64,000 bases of DNA, taken from the NCBI RefSeq assembly GCF_001194135.2, contig NC_069002.1:36023014-36087013 (forward strand). The letters run 5' to 3'. Both the position numbers and the translations under genes were made by a program. This document shows, one piece after another, positions 39,730 to 52,158 of this stretch (positions within the stretch are counted from its first letter, which is position 1; each line of letters starts with the position of its first letter). The notes beneath the pieces were generated by a model. That model was not told where the DNA came from and ran no database searches. It saw only the letters and a list, made by a program, of their open reading frames with translations. This DNA is from Octopus bimaculoides (Eukaryota).

Positions 39730-39930
39730 CGAGCTGGCAGAAACGTTAGCACGCCGGGCTTAGCGGTATTTCGTCTGTTTTTACGTTCTGAGTTCAAATT
39801 CCGCCGAGGTCGACTTTGCCTTTCATCCCTTCGGGATCGATAAATTAAGTACCAGTTTCGTACTGGAGTCGATCTAATCGACTGGCCCCCTCCCCAAATA
39901 TTCGGGCCCTGTGCCTAGAATAGTAAAACA
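39730..39930 (+). mobile_element. SINE family A
   Basis: cgagctggcagaaacgttagcacgccggg..gagttcaaattccgccgaggtcgactttgcctttcatcc..gggccctgtgcctagaatag. Confidence 0.9.
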
Positions 39931-40024
39931 AAAAAATAAAAAGCATTTTAACTGGTGTGGACTATATTCATCTTTGGTCTTTGCGTTTTCACCCTTTTTT
40001 CGGCTACCTTTTCCTTGATCTATT

Positions 40025-40220
40025 CTTCTTACTGTAGGTACAAAGCTGAAATTATGGAGGGAGAGAGTAAGTCGATTAACCGAATCCAGTGCTCAACTGG
40101 TAATGGATAATTAATTAAACATCCACCGGTACTTACTTATTTTATCGACCCTGAAAGAATATAAGGCCAAATCGACTTCGGTACAATTTGAACTCAGAAC
40201 GTCAAGACAGACGAAATGCC
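40025..40220 (-). mobile_element. SINE family A, 5'-truncated, with small internal insertion
   Basis: aagtcgatta..cagtgctcaactggta..ttttatcgaccctgaaag..aatttgaactcagaacgtcaagacagacgaaatgcc. Confidence 0.8.
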
Positions 40221-40249
40221 TTCCCGAACCTAATACTTTATAAAGAATA

Positions 40250-40474
40250 AAGTAATTCCTCGCCATTCCGCCGTTCACTCATCGCAGTTTATTATTCAGG
40301 CTTACGTCGATTACTCCGTGGTGTTGTTTTGCATTTATAATAAAATAAATATGCACAAATTATAGAAATAATAGATAAAAATATGCAGTACAGTACTGTT
40401 TTTACTTCGCTGATTTTCACCTATCGCGGGTGTTTTTGGAACGTAATACTCGCGATAGTCGAGGGATTACTACA
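40250..40474. mobile_element. Tigger/pogo-type MITE
   Basis: Left end taaagtaattcctcgcc..cgccgttcactcatcgc and right end ctcgcgatagtcgagggattacta; both approximate CAGTAATCCCTCG TIRs with subterminal atcgcg motifs. Confidence 0.7.
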
Positions 40475-42006
40475 ATCGGTATTGAATCTCAATTAATTCC
40501 ATCATTTTTAAAAGACATTTTTTTTATTGGGTATTTTAATGTTTAATCTTCTTGTAACTCAATACTTTTAATACCAATTCACTTATTGCTACCAATCTAT
40601 GATTTTAGATCTTAAGTCTTAATTTTTTAACCCCATTAATGTTTAATCCATGTGTTTTCATTACTTTAACCATTCCATTCCCATGTGTTCTGATTTCGTG
40701 ATTTTATAATTTTTGTAACTTCCATCTTTCTAGAGCTTTGTGTTTTTTTTTTTTCATGTAAGTTCTATACTTTTAATTTTCTAACTGTCACATTGCCTGT
40801 TTTCTACAATCTTAATAACCTTTGAAATGTTAATTGGTTGGCTAACTGGTTGAATTCTCCAGTCGGCTTACAAAAGCTGACTGTAGACAGAAATAATAAA
40901 GAGACAGAAAAAGAAGGAGAGATAGAGTAAAAGAGAGATAGAAATAGAACTAACATAGGGGGATACAGAATGAGTGCACATACCAAGCTTGGTGGCGGGT
41001 AACGAAGAAAGAATAATTCACACCTACTGTGAGAAAAAAATCATAGACCGAGCAGAAAGAGGAAGAGGGGACGAATGGAAGAGGGAGTAAACGCACCCCC
41101 AAAGAGTGGAAACCAAATTCTTATAATGGGTATGATAATTTTCACCTTACTAGATTTTTTTAAACCTGTATAATATTTATATTTATATATTTTGATATAT
41201 TTCTTTGAAAACAGCTTTGGTGAATTTTAAGTTTTAATTTTCTTACTAATCCGGACCCAATTTTTCAATTGGTTCAGTTTTAAATTTGAATTTTTAACTT
41301 TTATCCTGTAATCAGTCCCACAATTTTTGTTACTTATCTAAACACTAGATCTGTCTCTGAAATTTTACCATCAATATCTGAAGTTTAAATCTCAACTAAT
41401 CTATCCTGAAGTTTCACCTGAATATCTCAATTTATCCTTATTTTCCTGAATCTAATTTTATACACCTATTCACATGATTTGCTTTCGTGGATTCCCATAA
41501 CTCTTTGTCGCCATCCAATTTCATTATTATTAATTTGAACTGGAAGCTTGCATCATTGCGAATCTTCCATTACCTGATTACACAACCATGGATGCTTCTC
41601 CCTTGCGATACGTTGCAGTTAATCTCTTGATGGAGCTTCGTGATCCTGACCGTCAAATAAATCTTCTAAGATTCTTCCGTCCAACATCAATGTAAGAAGC
41701 ACCGTTTGGCTCAGGTGGTCTCTTCCGCTACCTTTTCTCAGTTTGCTATGCTACAGTTCCGTGTCTTCACCGTATCTCTACCAAGGTAGCTGAACGGGTG
41801 ATATGCCTTGCTAAAGGGCAGCTCGTAACTATGCAGGACACACTCGTCATTCTGTGAGATATTTTGAAGATACCTGCATGCTTGAATTTAAACCCTGGTT
41901 TCACTATTTGAACTCGCATTTCTAATTACTACTTTATGTGACTTTATTTTATTACACTTTCTCTACATTCATTCGTTACTTTCAGTCAGAACGAAACTCG
42001 CTTTAA

Positions 42007-42110
42007 CGAGCTGGCAGAATCGTTACCTTGTCGGACAAAATGTTTAACGACACTTCTTCTAACTCTTTACATCCTTCTGGGTTCGGTAAAATAAAGAACC
42101 AGTCAAGTAC
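42007..42110 (+). mobile_element. SINE family A fragment
   Basis: cgagctggcagaatcgtta..ggacaaaatgtttaacg..catccttctggg..aaaataaagaaccagtcaagtac. Confidence 0.65.
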
Positions 42111-42243
42111 TCTATTTACATTATTTACATTTGACGGATATTTGTCCTCATCTTGTTTGTTGCTAACACAAAGTTTCGGCTGATATATCCTCCAGCCTTC
42201 ATCAGGTGTCTTGGGGAAATTTCGAACCTGGGTTCTCATTCCT
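42111..42243 (-). mobile_element. Second copy of the hammerhead-bearing Penelope-type repeat
   Basis: 8 differences in about 125 bp versus 13688-13812; ends in (TA)n and gap. Confidence 0.75.
42165..42210 (-). ncRNA. Hammerhead motif variant, helix III mutated
   Basis: GACAC-CUGAUGA-A-GGCUG-gaggauauau-CAGCC-GAAAC-UUU-GUGUU; G16.2 replaced by U. Confidence 0.6.
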
Positions 42244-42689
42244 ATATATATATATATATATATATATNNNNNNNNNNNNNNNNNNNNNNNNNNNNNNNNN
42301 NNNNNNNNNNNNNNNNNNNNNNNNNNNNNNNNNNNNNNNNNNNNNNNNNNNNNNNNNNNNNNNNNNNNNNNNNNNNNNNNNNNNNNNNNNNNNNNNNNNN
42401 NNNNNNNNNNNNNNNNNNNNNNNNNNNNNNNNNNNNNNNNNNNNNNNNNNNNNNNNNNNNNNNNNNNNNNNNNNNNNNNNNNNNNNNNNNNNNNNNNNNN
42501 NNNNNNNNNNNNNNNNNNNNNNNNNNNNNNNNNNNNNNNNNNNNNNNNNNNNNNNNNNNNNNNNNNNNNNNNNNNNNNNNNNNNNNNNNNNNNNNNNNNN
42601 NNNNNNNNNNNNNNNNNNNNNNNNNNNNNNNNNNNNNNNNNNNNNNNNNNNNNNNNNNNNNNNNNNNNNNNNNNNNNNNNNNNNNNNNN

Positions 42690-42753
<64 letters not shown>

Positions 42754-43500
42754 TGCGTGCATGTATGTGTCTGTGATATATGTGCATGTATTTGTGTGTT
42801 TACATTGTTCCTAAATAAATATTTGAGTTTCAATCTTGCCTCAACGCCGCCACAATTTACTTGTTCAATACGTTTTTCCTTTACATTCTCTACAATGTAT
42901 TATTTTTTAATATCTAAATGCCGGACAGATTAATTCGAATATTTATTAAGATTACGCATTTTCGGTCTATTAACATCATCCGGACAGATCAAAGATACCT
43001 TTCCTGTTTTTTTTTAAATTTACATTTATAGCTAAGTTTCGATCACTTTGATCTCTGGACATCAAACCCAATCGGGTGTGTTTATGTAAATACTGAAAAA
43101 AAAAAACGAAAAAAAACTTTAGTCTCTTTAAAAGATACGGTTAATAGTCCAAGAAATTGGTAATATTATTTCTTATTTTATTGACCTCATTGTAATCTAT
43201 AAAACTGCAATTCAAAGTACTTTGTGGGCGGTGGAATGGCAAAATCGTTAGCAAATCATATAAGATGCCAGGCAGTATTTGTACTGACCGGCCCGCTGTT
43301 CTCTCAATTGGAATATTATTGACCAAAATTGTTGTTCCGATATCAAAAGCCAAAAGTTATGAAGAGGAAAATGGACAGAAATAGTACAGTAATGGTTGAT
43401 TTGATATTGTAAGTCATATTTGAATCCAAAGGTTCGGTTACATTACACTCCTTCTGAGCCAATGAGAGAACATTTCCGGGATAATATTAAATGTCAGAAA

Positions 43501-43706
43501 GGTAGCGAACAGCCAGAATCTTTAACATAATGGATACAATGATTAGCGGTAATTCTTCCGACTTTACGTTCTAAGTTCAAATTTCGCTGAGATCGACTTT
43601 GCCATCCATTTTTACTAGGTCGATAAAATAAGTACCAGTCAATTACTAGGGGTCGATGTAATCAACTAGACAGCCTCCATCAAAAGTTCAGGCCGTGTAC
43701 CTATAG
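43501..43706 (+). mobile_element. SINE family A, diverged
   Basis: ttacgttctaagttcaaatttcgctgagatcgactttgcc..gtcgataaaataagtaccagtc..ggggtcgatgtaatcaac..caggccgtgtacctatag. Confidence 0.75.
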
Positions 43707-43722
43707 CAGGGAGAGTATTATA

Positions 43723-43985
43723 CTATAATATTAGGATAAAGACTTTATAAGAATGTATCAAGTAGTTAGCGTGAAAAACCTCATAAGGAAAAAAGCCATA
43801 ATTTTTTTCCATAAATATATATAATTTAATTTATATAAGGGCATTACTATACAATAATACCTCACGCTTAGAGGGACTTCATAAGTCAAAACTACCAAAA
43901 TAAGCACATTTTTATCGATCGCGAGGGAATGCAACTTTCAAAGCTAACCTCCTAAAAACTCTAAGCGTGAGGCATTATTGTATAG
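43723..43985. mobile_element. Non-coding insertion with an internal 27-bp inverted repeat and 21-bp flanking direct repeat
   Basis: ctatacaataatacctcacgcttagag (43847-43873) pairs with ctctaagcgtgaggcattattgtatag (43959-43985); tatagcag(g/a)gagagtattata at 43702-43722 and 43981-44001. Confidence 0.75.
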
Positions 43986-44647
43986 CAGAGAGAGTATTAT
44001 ACGTTAGAAATAGCAACCAGACTACTCTCAGACCATATCTTATTATTTGGGGAAAACCAAAAGAAGAAAGAATTGGTTAATATAAAGCCATGGATACAAT
44101 GTCTGGAAATAAAAATAGGATGGTCGTAGTTAAAAAAAAAAAAGCAATTGATTCATAAATCTGCAAGATCTTGATCAGAATTGACTCTGGGCTAATGAAC
44201 ATATAAGAATTCTGCGCACAAGTGATAATGTAGTCCAAGAGAGATTATGTATGAGTGAATTAAATCCCCTTGATCGGAGATGCCTGGAGACTAAACAAGA
44301 GCACATTAGATAAAATAGCCCCAGACACACTATGTCTGTTTAAAAGACAGAATCATAAATGTGGTAGGCCTTTGAGTAAAGTTCTGCTTGATGGCAAGTG
44401 GCCTTGGGCTAACCAACAACCTCTTCGGATATATCGCAACTGTAATTCTTTCGACAAAGACAATCTCCAGAATCACCATGGAAACAATGTCTCCATGACA
44501 TTTATTTCTTATGACTCACATGTAACGTCATTTATACTTAATCAGGGACATGCACACTCATACATATACACACATGCATTTATACATACGCACGCACAAT
44601 AGCTCGCAATACACAACATGTGCTCATGGAAAGACATACTTACAGAG

Positions 44648-44706
<59 letters not shown>

Positions 44707-44864
44707 TATATTATAAATGCACACACAAACACACACACAAATACACGCTCTTCCCTGTACACATTATGCGGAAAGGTCTTTTAAGTCAATAAACATTACT
44801 TGCTATGTTTTCCATTCAAACATGTATTCTATAGCTATTTCCTGTTCTCTCTGTCCCACTACTT

Positions 44865-44914
<50 letters not shown>

Positions 44915-45011
44915 NNNNNNNNNNNNNNNNNNNNNNNNNNNNNNNNNNNNNNNNNNNNNNNNNNNNNNNNNNNNNNNNNNNNNNNNNNNNNNNNNNNNNN
45001 NNNNNNNNNNN

Positions 45012-45055
<44 letters not shown>

Positions 45056-45062
45056 GTGTATA

Positions 45063-45304
45063 CGAGTGTTTGGTTAAAACGTTCGATTTAGAACCACGTG
45101 ATTCAGAGTTCAGTTTCACTGCGCAAGTCTCTCCTACAATAACTCCATGTTCACTCATAAAGCTTTAGTCAGCACGTGGCCATACCAGAAGACACTCCCC
45201 TAAGGTGCCACGCACTGGCTCTGAAATCGAAACCATATGGTTGGGAAGCAAGCTTCTTACCTCACAGCCACTCCTATAGTAGACAAACAGATAGATAGAC
45301 AGAC

Positions 45305-45349
<45 letters not shown>

Positions 45350-45560
45350 TGTTGTATGTATATGTCTGTGGTTTTGGTTGTGGTTGTTCTTTCCCATCGC
45401 TTGACAACCAGTGTTGATTTCTCGAAGTCGCCGTAACTAAGAAGCTGATAGCACAAGTACCAGGCTTAAAGATAAGCACTGGAATCGATTATTTGACTAA
45501 TCCCTACAAGGGGATGATCCAGAATGGCCGTGGTCCGAAAATTGAAAAACGTAGATGACA
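45063..45560. mobile_element. Composite SINE family B: plus-strand head and 3' body bracketing a minus-strand head
   Basis: Plus head 45063-45146, minus head 45149-45276 (rc taggagtggctgtgaggtaagaagcttgcttcccaacc), (GATA)n, then plus body catcgcttgacaacc..ccgtaacta..atggccg 45390-45560. Confidence 0.75.
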
Positions 45561-47712
45561 ACAGTTAAATGATACATACATACGTACATATAGAAGTTTG
45601 TGTGTGTGTGTATAAATGTGCATGTATCAATATATAGACACATGCGCATACACACACGCATATATATATGTAATGCGTGTGTGTATGTATGCATGTATGG
45701 TAATGTATATATTCGTGTAGGAATATGTAAGTATGAACGCATCTCTATATATATGTTTGTATATTGTAGCGTAGTGGGAAGCGACTACTTTGATTAGGTG
45801 ACTGTCGTTGCTGAAATTTCAAATAATTTGAGCGTGATATGTAATCAAAGATAATTGAATATGGTTATTTTCTAATTAAGACTGATTCAACATTTGCTTG
45901 ATTACTAGCAGACAGAATGAAATATTGATTTCAAACCATGATTATTTGTTTAAAGGTGGAGTAGCGCTGGTGATCGAAGTTATTCAGGTGTTTAGTCTTG
46001 TTAATTTATATTCATATTTATAACCTAGNNNNNNNNNNNNNNNNNNNNNNNNNNNNNNNNNNNNNNNNNNNNNNNNNNNNNNNNNNNNNNNNNNNNNNNN
46101 NNNNNNNNNNNNNNNNNNNNNNNNNNNNNNNNNNNNNNNNNNNNNNNNNNNNNNNNNNNNNNNNNNNNNNNNNNNNNNNNNNNNNNNNNNNNNNNNNNNN
46201 NNNNNNNNNNNNNNNNNNNNNNNNNNNNNNNNNNNNNNNNNNNNNNNNNNNNNNNNNNNNNNNNNNNNNNNNNNNNNNNNNNNNNNNNNNNNNNNNNNNN
46301 NNNNNNNNNNNNNNNNNNNNNNNNNNNNNNNNNNNNNNNNNNNNNNNNNNNNNNNNNNNNNNNNNNNNNNNNNNNNNNNNNNNNNNNNNNNNNNNNNNNN
46401 NNNNNNNNNTAATAATTCATTTTTTGAAAAAAAAAAACAGGTAATGAAACATCAATTTTTCTTAAAGTGAAAGTAGAGGTAAAAAGAATTAAAATTTTAA
46501 AGTCTATCAAAGTTTCTTTGGATTTAAACTGAATTTATTTTCTATAAAATGTAACATTTTTAGATGGGCAAACAATTTACAATTTAAATTTTCCCACATT
46601 GTTGTCAGCAAAGTGACAAATGTTGAACTAGTTTTTTTTTTCTTTAATGTATCCTGAAGACGTAGGTTCCTTCTGGAAGCTACTAACACAGAAACTCTTA
46701 GCAGTTGCATTTGGATACACAGAGTGCGACCAGTAACAGGTCAACAGGTCAGTAGGGACATAAAGCGCTCTAACCGTTTCTCGTTTCTTGTTGTTTCTAC
46801 CTTGTGTAGGCGGTAACCCAAAGGAATGTTTTTCATTGTTCACTTTGATATCGTTTAAATTATTGTATCTAATTATAATTTAATGCTAATTTTCTGTGAA
46901 ATGAATCACCATTCCTAATTTTCCTTATCCGCTATTCCCAACTTTAATTGTAAGACGTCTTTCTTTCTCACCCCATCTTTGTTTAACTTTTTTCTCATCC
47001 CCCAAGCTTTTGTATGACCCTTGTTTAATATTCAACGTATTTTATTGCAATTCTTCGAACCCCTTGTGGCTAATAAAGAAATGATCATCATTCTTGTAAA
47101 AAAAATAAAATATTATTAACAATAAAGAAATCATCATCATCATCAGCAACAGCAGCAGCATAATGTTCATCTTCATTATTATCCATCATCAACATCATTA
47201 TCTTGATTACTATTATACTATTATTGTTGTTTCTGGTGTTGTTGGGTGCCAAGACGAATCTTAAACATTATAGCTGAGAGCTATTGGAATGCATTGTCTT
47301 CGAAATGTTTACATAGCTCAAGCAGAGGTGCAGTACGCTTTCAGCAGAAAAGTAAAATTCTTCGGAGAACGTTAACTCATTGAATGTTAAATGCCATTAC
47401 AATCACGCCTAATTAAGCATTTTCAAAGAAATAAAAGTTTTCACAAAGGCCACATAACAAGGAATAGCCTTGACTTGTCTTGCAGAAAGGATGGAGCTCC
47501 TGTTACTATTGAGAACGGATCAATTGAAAATACTGTAAAGTAAACCTGCACTGCGGCATTCAAACATCACAACATTGCCAATTCCAGTTGCATTATACAG
47601 GTATTTCATTAAAATTGGTGATTCAGAAAACACAAAAAAAAACACAAAAAAAAACAGAAAAATATCAGAGACACTAAGACGCAAAATAACCTAAGAATTC
47701 CAACTATAAACA

Positions 47713-47910
47713 TACGAGTGGGGTGGTGCTGAAAAGTTCTTGGCTTCAAGGGTTTTGCGAAAGGCCTGGCTGGAGGCCCAAATTTCTCTGAGTTCTTTTA
47801 CAGGGCTTTGGAGAACAAGAACCGCGGCAATAAGTGTGTGAATATCTGAGAGTGGAATATGTTGAATAAAATCATAATTAACTGATCCTCCAACTGATTG
47901 TTTTCTCGCA
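47713..47910 (+). mobile_element. Internally deleted mariner remnant
   Basis: tacgag..gggtggtgctgaaaagttcttggctt TIR-like end joined to a transposase C-terminus relic (..aataagtgtgtgaat..gaatatgttgaataa, KC...EYVE*). Confidence 0.6.
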
Positions 47911-48217
47911 TACATTCATGCACACACAACTCTACACGCTCACACAGGCGACGCTGTGGTAAGAAGATTGCCAAAAGATTACTTGGATATATATATATAT
48001 ATATACATNNNNNNNNNNNNNNNNNNNNNNNNNNNNNNNNNNNNNNNNNNNNNNNNNNNNNNNNNNNNNNNNNNNNNNNNNNNNNNNNNNNNNNNNNNNN
48101 NNNNNNNNNNNNNNNNNNNNNNNNNNNNNNNNNNNNNNNNNNNNNNNNNNNNNNNNNNNNNNNNNNNNNNNNNNNNNNNNNNNNNNNNNNNNNNNNNNNN
48201 NNNNNNNNNNNNNNNNN

Positions 48218-48246
<29 letters not shown>

Positions 48247-48248
<2 letters not shown>

Positions 48249-48570
48249 GGGCACTGCCTTAAGGGGTGTAGGTCAAACGAATCCATCCTAGCACTTATTT
48301 TAAAGTCTGGTACTTATTCTACCCGTCTCTCTGTCGAACCGTTAGGTTACGAAAAAGCTAACAAAACAACGCCGGTTGTGAAGTGCTGGTTGGGGACAAA
48401 CGCAGAAAAAGTAATATACACACACGACGGGCTTTTTTCAGTTTCCATTTTACCAGATCTTCCCACATGGCTGTGGTCGGTTCGGATTATAGTAGAAAAT
48501 AGTTAAGGTGCCATGTAGTGGGACAGAACGATGTTGTTGGGAAGCAAACCCCTTACAACCCAGCCATGCC
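48247..48570 (-). mobile_element. SINE family B, near full length
   Basis: gcactgccttaagg tail, ctggtacttattc..gtcgaaccgttaggttacg, cacgacgggcttttt cagtttcc, aaggtgccatgtagtggga, gggaagcaaac..cagccatgcc head. Confidence 0.82.
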
Positions 48571-49379
48571 AGTCTGCATTGTCCAAAGTCTCCCTCAATA
48601 AAAGACTATTCATAAGATCACGATGCGTGGGTAGTTTTGCTGGTCATTTCTAGTACGTTGTGCAACCATGTATAGCAGTAGTACTCATCCAGGGTCAACA
48701 TGAATTTGGAGGTCCATATAACCATTGAGGATCCATATAAAATTTTAGTTGTTAAAATTCATAAGCAAGAATGTGCTCCTGCTCATCGTATACGGCGCAA
48801 AATATTTTGATAGTTTTCATTCAATTTCTAATAAAATTTAATTATATTTGATTATAAAACACTCTAATAGGATTTTTAAACATGGGTACGAATGTATACG
48901 AGGGTCTATTCGAGTAAAATATGAATTAAATGGATTCACAGGTATAAAAAAAAAATGGTTGAGAACCACTAATGTAGAAACTCTCACGTTTGCTTGTCGT
49001 GGAGAAACAATATTCATTTTTGCTTCGGCATATTGGTGAACGTCAAGCGAAACCGATACGACGATCCACCATACTAAATTAATTAATAATAGTGAGAAAT
49101 TGTAGAGGCAGAAATTAAGGTTAATTATATTTAACGTCAATATATTTAATAAAAACTTGTGTATATAAATATTTTGATTTCTTTTACTGTCAAAATATTG
49201 ATTTTTTTTTTCTTTCAGCGCAAATAAATATTGGAAGAGGACACAAGAAAACAGTGTGAGAGAAAATATATTAGATTATATTGGAGCAAGTTCTTGTACC
49301 TGACATCTATGTATGATTGCATGTATGCATATAATAATGTGTGTATATTGTTATGCATATCGGTACGTATATATGTATA

Positions 49380-49382
49380 CAC

Positions 49383-49432
<50 letters not shown>

Positions 49433-49445
49433 ACACATATATGTA
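49380..49445. repeat. (CA)n microsatellite
   Basis: Directly visible. Confidence 0.93.
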
Positions 49446-50265
49446 TGCATGTGTAAGTACACGTATGAACGTAATCGTGGTGGCTGAATGTATGCAGGTA
49501 ATCATTTCTGTACGTACATACATATATACAAATGTACGTACATGGACACAGATATGTGTGCGTGAGTGTTTGCATAAGCGTGTGTGTACATATATTTGGA
49601 GGAACAAACACGAAATAGAATACAGAATATGTGTGTATATATACACGTGAGTATGAGCTTATGTACATATATAGTAGAGTTTATTCAGAAGAAATTGCTG
49701 ATTCATACACAAAATTCAAATGTGTGGCCCGAATATCTATCTATCTGTCTGTATGTCTATCTGTCTGTCTGTCTGTTCGTCTGTCTGTCTGTCCATTTGT
49801 CTGTCTTTATGTTCGTGTGTGTGTGCGTGTTTGTGTCTATCTAATTTCAAGTCATTTCAGTCTCAATTCTCTTGAATTCTGTTTTCTTTTACCCCCACCC
49901 ACCGTCTCCCACGCTGTTCCCTTGTTTCCTAGTCACACCCTTGTCCACCCCATCCTCACACATTCTTCATACACTTACACCATTACAACACATGCACACA
50001 CATCGTGACCTCACACACCCTAATAGTTTTCACTTACATCTCATCACTTCCAACTTCTTACTCGCTTGACCGCACCCCACCCCACGTACACTAGTCACTG
50101 CACACACATACACGCACGCTTTTGCACCATCTCACCTTTCCGACAACGAACTCCTGACCAAACACACACGTATCCCCATATTCTCCCTTCTGGTCACCCT
50201 CACACATACACACCCACTATATACTACTTTCACTCAACACTACTTACGCTCTACATACATAAATT

Positions 50266-50300
<35 letters not shown>

Positions 50301-51331
50301 TCTTAAACATCTGTACAAGAAGCCACACCCATCCATATAGCAACATACACTCGTGCATACACGTTTTCTCCTTCCCTCACATTTCTCGTATATATATATA
50401 TANNNNNNNNNNNNNNNNNNNNNNNNNNNNNNNNNNNNNNNNNNNNNNNNNNNNNNNNNNNNNNNNNNNNNNNNNNNNNNNNNNNNNNNNNNNNNNNNNN
50501 NNNNNNNNNNNNNNNNNNNNNNNNNNNNNNNNNNNNNNNNNNNNNNNNNNNNNNNNNNNNNNNNNNNNNNNNNNNNNNNNNNNNNNNNNNNNNNNNNNNN
50601 NNNNNNNNNNNNNNNNNNNNNNNNNNNNNNNNNNNNNNNNNNNNNNNNNNNNNNNNNNNNNNNNNNNNNNNNNNNNNNNNNNNNNNNNNNNNNNNNNNNN
50701 NNNNNNNNNNNNNNNNNNNNNNNNNNNNNNNNNNNNNNNNNNNNNNNNNNNNNNNNNNNNNNNNNNNNNNNNNNNNNNNNNNNNNNNNNNNNNNNNNNNN
50801 NNNNNNNNNNNNNNNNNNNNNNNNNNNNNNNNNNNNNNNNNNNNNNNNNNNNNNNNNNNNNNNNNNNNNNNNNNNNNNNNNNNNNNNNNNNNNNNNNNNN
50901 NNNNNNNNNNNNNNNNNNNNNNNNNNNNNNNNNNNNNNNNNNNNNNNNNNNNNNNNNNNNNNNNNNNNNNNNNNNNNNNNNNNNNNNNNNNNNNNNNNNN
51001 NNNNNNNNNNNNNNNNNNNNNNNNNNNNNNNNNNNNNNNNNNNNNNNNNNNNNNNNNNNNNNNNNNNNNNNNNNNNNNNNNNNNNNNNNNNNNNNNNNNN
51101 NNNNNNNNNNNNNNNNNNNNNNNNNNNNNNNNNNNNNNNNNNNNNNNNNNNNNNNNNNNNNNNNNNNNNNNNNNNNNNNNNNNNNNNNNNNNNNNNNNNN
51201 NNNNNNNNNNNNNNNNNNNAAAAGGTGCTTTGCATTTGAAAACTATGGAAATATTTTTAAAAAACATTTCATTTAATTTTTCCACAATTTAATTGTTTTT
51301 TATGCTTTACTCTAAGTTGAAAAACTCGCAG

Positions 51332-52158
51332 AGAATAAAAACGCTGGGTTAACGACTCAACATATCACCCCCGCCCCCTCAATGAACATATATAATGGAA
51401 AGATTTAAATAAGTTCACCGAAGTAATCCCCTTCTGCAACCATAAGTTTTCCTCCACTTTCTTGAAACTGTATAGAAATAAAAATAAATTTAAAAACAAT
51501 AAATAATAACAAGTGTAACAGTTTGCGTTAGGGTGATTTGAAACCTCGAAGATTGGTTTTGATACTACTGTTGGACTATTCTAAAATAGCACTTTTTTCT
51601 TTTTTTTTTTAAATCTTTCCATTATTTGCATAGGCTTGTCTAAGGCTAGTCCATTATTGACTATATAAATTTACTCTTACATAAAAATTATTTTTTTTCT
51701 TTGTGCAGTACCCGAGGAAGGTGTAGAACTTTGTGTTTTAACTCGAAATGGTGTTAAATCATTTCTGTCCTGGATTTTTAACCGATGGACTGCTTTATGG
51801 TACCTAATTTCTTTATTTTATTTTATGTTATTTTTTATATCGACCTATATAATATTATATATTTGAAATTTTTAATCGTATTAATTTTAACTTCTATGAA
51901 ATGATATATATGTGTATCACCTTTAACTCAATTTTTTTTTATTTGTATGTTATCGGTTGGTATAATATATTCGTGTAGAAAATGTTATACTATATGTTCT
52001 ATTTCTTGCATCTTATTTTTTATGTATTTCTTATTTTATTATTTCTTCTTGCGTTATATCTTCTTATTCCTTATGTTTGACGGATTATGCTGTATTTCTT
52101 ATATATCTTCACTGAGGGGGTGTGATAGGTTGAGTCGTTAACCCAGTCTTTTTATTCT
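51332..52158. repeat. About 60-bp inverted repeat pair 700 bp apart
   Basis: 51332-51395 (agaataaaaacgctgggttaacgactcaacatatcac..ccccctcaatgaacatatataa) matches the reverse complement of 52099-52158. Confidence 0.75.

Noticed and set aside
48688-48982. Possible hAT or mariner MITE ends (tacgaggg, aaaatggttgagaaccact)
   Set aside because: Only isolated short terminal-like motifs; no matching partner end or TSD.
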